NCBI GenBank assembly: GCA_963782535.1
Contig: CAWAKE010000003.1
Location: 780,730 to 844,729 of the forward strand
Source of the DNA: an uncultured delta proteobacterium
GTDB lineage: Bacteria; Desulfobacterota; Binatia; Binatales; Binataceae
Direction of reading: 5' to 3'
DNA length: 64,000 nucleotides
Under the pieces are notes generated by a model. It worked only from the letters and a program-made list of their open reading frames with translations, was not told where the DNA came from and made no database searches. Each line of letters starts with the position of its first letter. Within the stretch, counting starts at the first letter, position 1. The position numbers and the translations under genes were made by a program. Positions 57,427 to 64,000 of this stretch are shown one piece after another.

Positions 57427-58668
57427 ATGCAGAAGTACAATGTAGTCGTCGTCGGCGGCGGCAGCGGTGGGCTTGCAGTCGCCGGCAGGCTAAGGCGGCG
57501 TCGTCCGGAGCTGGACGTTGCCGTGATCGAGCCCTCCGGGGATCACTACTACCAGCCGGCATGGACCCTGGTGGGCGGCGGCGTTTACTCGGCCGAGGCC
57601 ACGCGCAAACGCGAGTCCGCCGTAATGCCCAAAGGGGTCGCGTGGATTAAGACCCGCGTCGCCGGCTTCGAGCCGCAGTCGAACCAAATCGTGCTGGAAG
57701 ACGGGACGCGCGTCGAGTACGGGTCTTTGGTTGTGGCGGCCGGAATCCAGCTAAACTGGGGCGCGATCGAGGGGCTCAAAGAGACTCTCGGACACAACTG
57801 CGTCACCAGCAATTACGATTATGCGCTGGCACCCTATACCTGGGAGTGCATCCGTGATTTCCGCGGTGGACGCGCGCTCTTCACCCAGCCCCCGATGCCG
57901 ATCAAATGCCCGGGCGCGCCGCAGAAGATTCTCTACCTTGCCGCCGATCGCTTTCGCCAACGCGGGATTAAGGCCGATATCGAGTTTTTCACCGCCGGTG
58001 CGACCATGTTCGGCGTGCCGTTCTTTGCCAAGGCCCTCGACAAGGTGATGGACGCATATGGTGCAAAGGCCCACTTCGGCCATAACCTGGTCGCCGTTGA
58101 CGGCCCCGGGAAGCAGGCCGTCTTCGAGTATGCCGATGGCGACGAGAAAAAGCGCGTGACGCACGAATTCGAGATGCTGCACGTGGTTCCGCCCCAATCG
58201 GCGCCCGACTTCATTCGCGACTCGCCGTTGAGCGACCAGAGTGGCTGGGTGACGGTCGACAAGCACACCATGCGCCATACCCAGTACGAGAATGTCTTCG
58301 GTCTTGGCGATTGCACCAACTCGCCCAACAGCAAAACCGCCGCCGCCGTCAAGAACCAGGCGCCGGTCGTCGTCGCCAACCTGCTGCGCACACTCGACCA
58401 CAAGGGCCAGGAGATGACCTACGACGGCTACGCGTCGTGCCCGCTCACCACCTCTCTGGGCAAGGTGATGCTGGCTGAGTTCTGTTACGACGGCGTGGTG
58501 ACGCCCAGCTTCGTGGTGGATCCGCGCGTACCGCGAGCCGCCTTCTGGTGGCTCAAGAAGTCATTTCTGCCGCACCTCTATTGGCAATTTATCGTGCCCG
58601 GCAAGAGCTGGCCGATCGTGCACAAAAAGCGCGACTACCCGGAAGCGGTACCGTCCATTTCACCGTAA
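57427..58668 (+). CDS. sqr: type II sulfide:quinone oxidoreductase (FAD-dependent)
   Basis: VVVVGGGSGG FAD motif; conserved Cys in KCPGAPQK and SCPLTTS. Confidence 0.8.
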   Translation: MQKYNVVVVGGGSGGLAVAGRLRRRRPELDVAVIEPSGDHYYQPAWTLVGGGVYSAEATRKRESAVMPKGVAWIKTRVAGFEPQSNQIVLEDGTRVEYGSLVVAAGIQLNWGAIEGLKETLGHNCVTSNYDYALAPYTWECIRDFRGGRALFTQPPMPIKCPGAPQKILYLAADRFRQRGIKADIEFFTAGATMFGVPFFAKALDKVMDAYGAKAHFGHNLVAVDGPGKQAVFEYADGDEKKRVTHEFEMLHVVPPQSAPDFIRDSPLSDQSGWVTVDKHTMRHTQYENVFGLGDCTNSPNSKTAAAVKNQAPVVVANLLRTLDHKGQEMTYDGYASCPLTTSLGKVMLAEFCYDGVVTPSFVVDPRVPRAAFWWLKKSFLPHLYWQFIVPGKSWPIVHKKRDYPEAVPSISP

Positions 58669-58840
58669 GCAACGGTGCGGCAGACCGCGGGTTTTGCGGG
58701 GTCGCTCCGGTTGAAATTGACATTGCGGCAAACATAGACTTTTTTCCAAACCGCAAATCGCAATTCGCCGGACTATTGATGAGTCGCGTCGCGAGTCGCG
58801 GCTATAGAATCGGTTCAGGTTACGCTTTTAAGGAGACTGA

Positions 58841-60079
58841 ATGACCGCAAAATCACTTGTGCCGGAAGCTTTTGGCCCGCTTCAGGGCGTTCGTATCGTT
58901 TCTACCGGAACCTTGATCGCGCAACCCTTTGCTGGCGAACTGGCCGCCGAAATGGGTGCCGAGGTGATTCAGGTCGAACGGCCCGGTGGCGGCGACGCCG
59001 GCTGGCGCACGCTCGGCATCAAGCTGCCGGCTCGCGACGGCAGCGCGCCGGTCGCGACCAACTGGGTTCAGGAACGGCGCAACGTGCTGTGCGTCACGCT
59101 CGATTTTTCCAAGCCGCGCGGGCGCGACCTGTTCCTCAAATTGATTGCGTCGGCTGACATCTGGATGGAAAGCTCGAAGCCCGGAACCTATTCGCGCTGG
59201 GGCCTCGACGACGACACCGTGCGCAAGGTCAATCCTAAACTTGTGATCACTCACGTCTCGGGCTACGGGCAATACGGCGACCCCGCGTACATCCGGCGCA
59301 CCTCCTACGATATCGTCGGCCAGGCCTTTAGCGGCACCATGTACCAGACCGGCTATCCCGATAATCCTCCCACCCGCGCCGCCCCGTGGACCGGTGATTA
59401 CATGACCGCGATGTTCAGCATGTGGTCGTCGCTGGCGGGCTTGACCTACGCTCGCGCACACGGCGTCGGCCAGTCGATCGACATCGCGCAGTACGAGGCC
59501 ATCCATCGCACGCTCGGCGGTACCATGGTCGAATATTTTCAGCAGGAAGTCGTGCGCGAACGCTCGGGCAACCGCGCGCAGGGATTCCAGCCGCTCGACA
59601 GTTTCGAGACCGCCGACGGCTGGATCGCGCTGGGCGCGCTGACCGAGGTTTACAATCGCCTGGTGGCCGCGATCGGGCTCGACCCGGCCGATCCGAAATG
59701 GCAAAGCGCGCGCACCAACCTCGAATCGATAGAAGGCATCGAGCTCGACGCGATGCTGCGCGGATGGATCGCCGAACGCTCGACCGCCGACGTCGTGCGC
59801 ATCCTCAATGAAGCGCAAGTGCCGTGCGCGCCGATCATGACCAGCAAGGATATCGCGCACGACCCGCACTACAAGGCGCGCGATATGCATATCGAGTGGG
59901 AAGACCCTCAGGTCGGACCCGTGAAGGGCATCGGCATCGTGCCCAAATTTTCGCATACGCCGGGGAAAGTCTGGCGCGGGTCGGTGCCGGTCGGTCACGA
60001 CAACACCCGCGTTTACGGCGACCTGCTCGGACTCGGCGCGGCGGAGCTCGAGGCGCTCAAGCGCGACCAGATCATCTAG
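58841..60079 (+). CDS. CoA-transferase family III (CaiB/BaiF) protein
   Basis: GVRIVSTGTLIAQPF N-terminus; third paralogue in the window. Confidence 0.8.
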   Translation: MTAKSLVPEAFGPLQGVRIVSTGTLIAQPFAGELAAEMGAEVIQVERPGGGDAGWRTLGIKLPARDGSAPVATNWVQERRNVLCVTLDFSKPRGRDLFLKLIASADIWMESSKPGTYSRWGLDDDTVRKVNPKLVITHVSGYGQYGDPAYIRRTSYDIVGQAFSGTMYQTGYPDNPPTRAAPWTGDYMTAMFSMWSSLAGLTYARAHGVGQSIDIAQYEAIHRTLGGTMVEYFQQEVVRERSGNRAQGFQPLDSFETADGWIALGALTEVYNRLVAAIGLDPADPKWQSARTNLESIEGIELDAMLRGWIAERSTADVVRILNEAQVPCAPIMTSKDIAHDPHYKARDMHIEWEDPQVGPVKGIGIVPKFSHTPGKVWRGSVPVGHDNTRVYGDLLGLGAAELEALKRDQII

Positions 60080-60100
60080 CGTGATCGTTTGCTACGAAAC

Positions 60101-60140
60101 GCGCCGGAGGCGCTGCGCGAGCGGCACGGCGCCTCCGGTG
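60101..60140. terminator. GC hairpin between convergent genes (CCGGAGGCGC...GCGCCTCCGG)
   Basis: 10-bp stem; no T-tract. Confidence 0.3.
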
Positions 60141-60158
60141 TGCGATCGCAACGCCCTT

Positions 60159-60767
60159 TTACGGCGGAGCCTTTGACTTCGCCCGCAGCTTCCACAGCGC
60201 GACCACGAAATGCTTGTGGCGCGAGGTCGAAATCAGCGTGGCTGGCTGATCGAATTTAGCCAGGATCGCGCGGTCGAACCCGTGCTCGACGGGTTCGAAA
60301 TACATAAACCACAGGCGCCCGTCGGTCTTCGGCAGCGGGACCGTCCGGATAACTTGATTCGGTACGAATTTGCGCTTGCGCGAGCTCACGAAATCGAGAT
60401 CCTTCGCGTGCAAAATCCTGCGGTAATAAATCACGCAAGGCATCGCGGCGCCGCTCGCATAGATTCGATCGCCCGGCTGCCAGTCCGCCGCGATCGCTGC
60501 CACGGCGCCTCGCGGATCGTCGAAGCTAGTGCCCTCAACGACGATATTCTTCACGGCGCTGAGCCCCGCATAGAGCAGCGCCAGGACCGCGGTCGAAGCC
60601 GTTACGACGCGCAACCTGCGCGACCGCTCGCGGACCAGGCCGCCTATCTCGCACATCGTGATCAGCAGCGTCGGGGGTACCAGGAAAAATAGCAGACGGG
60701 GCAGCCACGGATATTTCTGCGCGATCGCGCTTAGGGAAGCTCTGCACAGGCGGCTGTTCGGGAGCAA
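60159..60767 (-). CDS. hypothetical membrane protein
   Basis: two hydrophobic segments; no recognisable domain. Confidence 0.4.
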   Translation of the reverse strand: MLPNSRLCRASLSAIAQKYPWLPRLLFFLVPPTLLITMCEIGGLVRERSRRLRVVTASTAVLALLYAGLSAVKNIVVEGTSFDDPRGAVAAIAADWQPGDRIYASGAAMPCVIYYRRILHAKDLDFVSSRKRKFVPNQVIRTVPLPKTDGRLWFMYFEPVEHGFDRAILAKFDQPATLISTSRHKHFVVALWKLRAKSKAPP

Positions 60768-60859
60768 TTGGCTGAAGTGGTCATGACGATCGGGTGTAGC
60801 GAACCGCGCTGGCGTGAGGATTAGCGCTGCAATGGTCGCGATAGAGTCGATTCACTGCC

Positions 60860-61906
60860 CGAAGGTTCTTCGCCGCGCACTCCTGCCTATGTTGGAAGCA
60901 GTTGTCTGCGAACTTGGTAGAGATTGGCCAATGCGAACATGGTCTGCGCTCGCGCCAGGTTCTTGGCCAAGCCTCGGTATCTCACCTTGGCGAAGCCCCA
61001 TAGTTGTTTGACTATGCGAAAGGCGTGCTCGCCACAGGCTCGGGTCCGCGATCGCGCGCGGTTGATCATCCGCCATCGTTCGCTCAACGGCCGCTTTGAA
61101 GTAGGCCGCCGATTGATCCGATAGTGTATCCCCCACGCCTCGAGAAACTTGCGATGGTCTTCCTTCCAGTACGCTTGATCGCCGAACACCTCGCGCTCTT
61201 ATCCGTGCAGCAGATCAGGCAGCTGGGTGATGTCAGCTACGCTGGCAGCGGTCGCTCTCACCGTATGCACGATACCGCGCTGGTCCGCGCCGATGTGCAG
61301 CTTCATCCCGAAGTGCCAGTTGCGGCCCTTGCGGGTCTGCTTCATCTCAGGGTCGCGAGTCGCACTGGCGTTCCTGGTCGAACTCGGCGCCGCGATGATG
61401 GTCGCGTCCACGATGGTTCCAGAGCGCAGCAACAGCCGCCGTTCTTCCAATAAGTGCGCCACCGCGTCGAAGATGGCGTGGGTCAGGCCATGCTGCTCCA
61501 GCAGATGGCGAAAGCGCAAAATCGTGCTCTCGTCCGGCACCACCTCGTCGCCCAACTCGACCCGTGCAAAGCGCCGCATCGACTCGCTGTCATAGATCGC
61601 GTCTTCGGCCTGCGGGTCCGACAGGTTGAACCACTGCTGCAGGAAGTAAATCCGTAGCATCTTCTCCAGTCCCAGCGGCTGCCGTCCTCGTCCGGCTTTG
61701 GGGTAGTGCGGCTCGATCAGTCTGACCAGCTGCGGCCAGGGAATCACCCCATCCATCTCGCCCAGGAATCGCTCGCGCCGGGTAACTTTGCCCTTCCCAT
61801 TCCATGCCATCGATGCGAACGTCCGCTGATTCCCCATCCCCCCTCCTCCACTCCTGCCGCTCCCACTTACGATTTATACCAAACCGATACACTTGTGCAG
61901 AGGTTC
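60860..61906 (-). mobile_element. IS5-family insertion sequence (boundaries approximate), transposase inactivated
   Basis: single DDE transposase reading frame plus weak terminal inverted repeats around 60860-60875 and 61885-61905. Confidence 0.65.
60887..61837 (-). pseudogene. IS5-family DDE transposase with in-frame TAA (61199-61201)
   Basis: ORFs 61199..61837 and 60887..61189 are in the same frame; they read ...QLPDLLHG*EREVFGDQAYWKED..., a contiguous conserved IS5 motif. Confidence 0.75.
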
Positions 61907-61928
61907 CTTAGGAGTTGATGCGCATCCA

Positions 61929-62763
61929 TCAGAAAACCTCCTTTCTGACCTCTACGTTAGAACTAGCCGCTACAGCGCTACACTTATTCTCTCCGTTGAG
62001 TTGTAGCGGCGTAGCGGCAGAATTTTGCGAACTCGAAAGGATGCAGTATCTACCCCAAACTTCAACGAAATCAGCCGAGAGATAACCCTTCAAAATGGCG
62101 TCGAGCCGCACGTTGCGCGGGGCAATGCCAAACGGCTTGAGAATTCTCGCAACCTGACTGGGGGTTATTGGGCGCCGCGCGCGGCCATATTCCGCCCACG
62201 GTCGCTCTTCCATCTCAGCGAGCGCGTCGCACACCTCCACCGAGCTTAGGCGTTCCCGATCCTTGGCCTCGAAAATGGCGCGAATATCGTTTAGCAGGAT
62301 GATTCCGAGCGATTTACCATCGTCGCCGCGCGCCGCCGACTTGGCGATTGCTATCTCGCGGGTTCGGGCGGGCCATTCGCCGCCGACACGATCGGCGATG
62401 CTGATTAAACCCTCCCACTTGTCCATCTCGCGGCCAGCCATGTCAGGAATCGACGGCCGCACCTCAGTGTTAGGCGGGTTGTCCGCTGTCCAACGGGCGC
62501 ACTTGGCCGCGAGGGGTTCGAGCGCGGCCTTTAGTTCGCGGCGCCGTCCCTTGCTCAATGGCTTTAACTCGGTGGCGGTCGCACGCTTAAGATGGACAGC
62601 GATGCTGCGATCCTCGACGGTCTCCATCCTGCGTAGCGGTCCGATCGAAGCAATCGCGATAGGCACGAACACGTCAAATTCGGCTGGCTTCCAGTCGTCG
62701 CTGCCTTTGACCGAAAACGAGACTTTCGCATCATCGGGATCGCTCGCACTGGCCTGCCCGATC
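61929..62763 (-). pseudogene. 5'-truncated gene fragment (possibly plasmid/ICE primase-helicase-associated), disrupted by the IS3 insertion
   Basis: The first 13 codons of the ORF-track call (MQAQPLLTYEMVQ) are encoded by the IS3 terminal sequence, so the native 5' part is missing. Family assignment is uncertain. Confidence 0.35.
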
Positions 62764-62775
62764 TTTTGTACCATT

Positions 62776-63585
62776 TCATAAGTTAGTAATGGTTGAGCTT
62801 GCAAGCACTCCGATTCGATCAGATTTTGGTGGGCTGATCACCTCTGGCGCCGGTGGCCGATAGCCGAGCGACGAGTGCGGTCTGACCGTGTTGTAGTGGA
62901 CCCGCCAACGTTCGATGACGATTTGTGCCTCCTTGAGGGAGTAGAAGATCTCGCCGTTGAGGCATTCATCACGCAGCTTGCTGTTGAACGATTCACAGTA
63001 ACCATTCTCCCAAGGGCTGCCCGGTTCGATGTACAGCGGCTGGGTGCCCAGCCGTTCGAGCCACTTCCGCACCACAGTGGCGACGAACTCTGGTCCGTTG
63101 TCCGAGCGGATGTGCTCGGGTCTTCCGTGCACGAGCATCACATCGGCCAGGGTCTCGATGACGTCGAGACTGCGCAGTCGCCGCTCGACCCGGATTGCCA
63201 GGCTCTCCCGGGTGTACTCGTCGATCAAGGTTAACATCCTGACTGACCTGCCATCGTGCGTGGCCGCGCTGACGAAGTCGTAACTCCAGACGTGATTGGG
63301 CCGCTGCGGCCGCAGCCGCACGCACGCGCCGTCGTTCAGCCATAGCCGCCCACGCCGGGGTTGTTTCCGCGGCACTTTCAGCCCCTCGCGGCGCCAGATG
63401 CGCTCGACCCGGTCCTTGCCCACTAACCAGCCGGCGCTGCGCAGCAGCGCCGCCACCCGCCGGTAGCCGTAGCGGCCGTGCTGGCCGGCCAGTGAGATGA
63501 TCGCCCGGGTCAGCTCATCCTCGTCGTTGCGCACTCTCGGCGTATAGCGCTGTGTCCCGCGCCACTGGCTGAGCAACCGGCACAC
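62776..63585 (-). CDS. IS3-family transposase OrfB (DDE integrase core); expressed by -1 frameshift from orfA
   Basis: rve core motifs (HSDNGPEF, WENGYCESFN); true N-terminus lies in the frameshift window 63586-63650. Confidence 0.8.
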   Translation of the reverse strand: MCRLLSQWRGTQRYTPRVRNDEDELTRAIISLAGQHGRYGYRRVAALLRSAGWLVGKDRVERIWRREGLKVPRKQPRRGRLWLNDGACVRLRPQRPNHVWSYDFVSAATHDGRSVRMLTLIDEYTRESLAIRVERRLRSLDVIETLADVMLVHGRPEHIRSDNGPEFVATVVRKWLERLGTQPLYIEPGSPWENGYCESFNSKLRDECLNGEIFYSLKEAQIVIERWRVHYNTVRPHSSLGYRPPAPEVISPPKSDRIGVLASSTITNL

Positions 63586-63650
63586 GTGGCGTTCCGAGAG
63601 CGCGTATCGACGCCGGACGTTATCCGCTGCGCAACGCCGCCGCGCGGGGC

Positions 63651-63929
63651 TTACAAGTTTCCCCGCGCGACGTCCTGCAAGATCTGTTTCTCCAGCGACA
63701 GCTCAGCCACCAGCCGCTTGAGCCGCGAGTTCTCGCGCTCCAGTTCCTTGAGCCGCTTGGCCTGCTCCAGCTTCAGCCCGCCATATTCCTTGCGCCAGCG
63801 ATAATAAGTCTGCTCGGTAATCCCCGACTCGCGACACGCCTGCGGCGTCCCCTTGCCGTTGGCTATCGACACCTCCACCTGCCGCAGCACCGTCACGATC
63901 TCTTCCGCCGTGTACCTTCGCTTCGCCAT
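63651..63929 (-). CDS. IS3-family transposase OrfA (HTH, leucine zipper)
   Basis: MAKRRYTAEEIVTVLRQ...QTYYRWRKEYGGL then heptad Leu repeats. Confidence 0.8.
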   Translation of the reverse strand: MAKRRYTAEEIVTVLRQVEVSIANGKGTPQACRESGITEQTYYRWRKEYGGLKLEQAKRLKELERENSRLKRLVAELSLEKQILQDVARGNL

Positions 63930-64000
63930 TCCCAGGGCCCTCCTGTTCCAGCTTCTCTAATTTGTCGGCTGGTACAAAATTCCCCGAGCAGGCCGGTGCC

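Larger units (their letters stand above)
62764..63985 (-). mobile_element. IS3-family insertion sequence (orfA + orfB, about 1.2 kb)
   Basis: imperfect terminal IRs TTTTGTACCA...(62764-) and ...TGGTACAAAAT (63966-63985); orfA HTH and orfB DDE integrase core. Confidence 0.75.

Noticed and set aside
1-64000. CRISPR arrays, rRNA genes, additional tRNAs
   Set aside because: No regularly spaced direct repeats or rRNA-like conserved blocks were seen. The only tRNA-like cloverleaf found is tRNA-Arg at 20683-20754.

Overview
This is a high-GC (about 65%) bacterial chromosome segment with dense coding on both strands. No rRNA genes or CRISPR arrays are visible, and the only tRNA is tRNA-Arg(CCG).

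Gene content in order:
(1) A 5'-truncated acyl-CoA dehydrogenase, an SDR and a nitronate-monooxygenase-like gene, all on the + strand.
(2) An aerobic benzoyl-CoA (box) pathway module. boxR (HTH-XRE fused to a shikimate-kinase-like domain), boxC and boxB lie on the - strand, divergent from a benzoate-CoA ligase and an enoyl-CoA hydratase. A perfect TGCA-N6-TGCA palindrome sits in the boxC promoter region. boxA and boxD are absent from the window.
(3) A secreted hypothetical protein, a TauD/TfdA dioxygenase pseudogene with one in-frame TAA, a two-subunit MaoC-type hydratase pair and an Nramp transporter.
(4) A complete soluble di-iron monooxygenase (SDIMO) operon in the actinobacterial prm/mim gene order: alpha, reductase, beta, coupling protein and a dedicated GroEL-like chaperonin. 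It has a sigma54-like -24/-12 element and an upstream palindrome, and ends with a terminator beside tRNA-Arg(CCG).
(5) A class III CoA-transferase, a SAM-methyltransferase, and thiS-thiG-thiE behind a TPP riboswitch. Then alr, purH, purD, tsaC, a DUF1015 protein and a histidine phosphatase.
(6) An AI-2E transporter fused to cobalamin-binding domains, an LLM oxidoreductase, dienelactone hydrolase, CDF transporter, apt, a LysM/M23 peptidase, pcm and a fumarase-family lyase.
(7) A catabolic-looking block: alpha/beta hydrolase, two tandem LLM paralogues with a near-identical core, a signal-less BtuF-like binding protein, a class III CoA-transferase, a class III aminotransferase, and a second alpha/beta hydrolase translationally coupled to a ClC channel. 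An F420-type LLM follows.
(8) An FHA - zinc-ribbon membrane protein - Ser/Thr kinase (BON) - PHP operon. It sits divergent from a type II sulfide:quinone oxidoreductase and a third class III CoA-transferase.
(9) A mobile-element graveyard at the right edge: an IS5-family element whose transposase has an in-frame TAA, and an IS3-family element (orfA/orfB) inserted into a gene fragment.

The most interesting system is the prm/mim-type SDIMO plus chaperonin cassette in an atypical context. Its alpha subunit carries a C-terminal Cys4 motif. All assignments come from reading motifs in the sequence; no database search was run.
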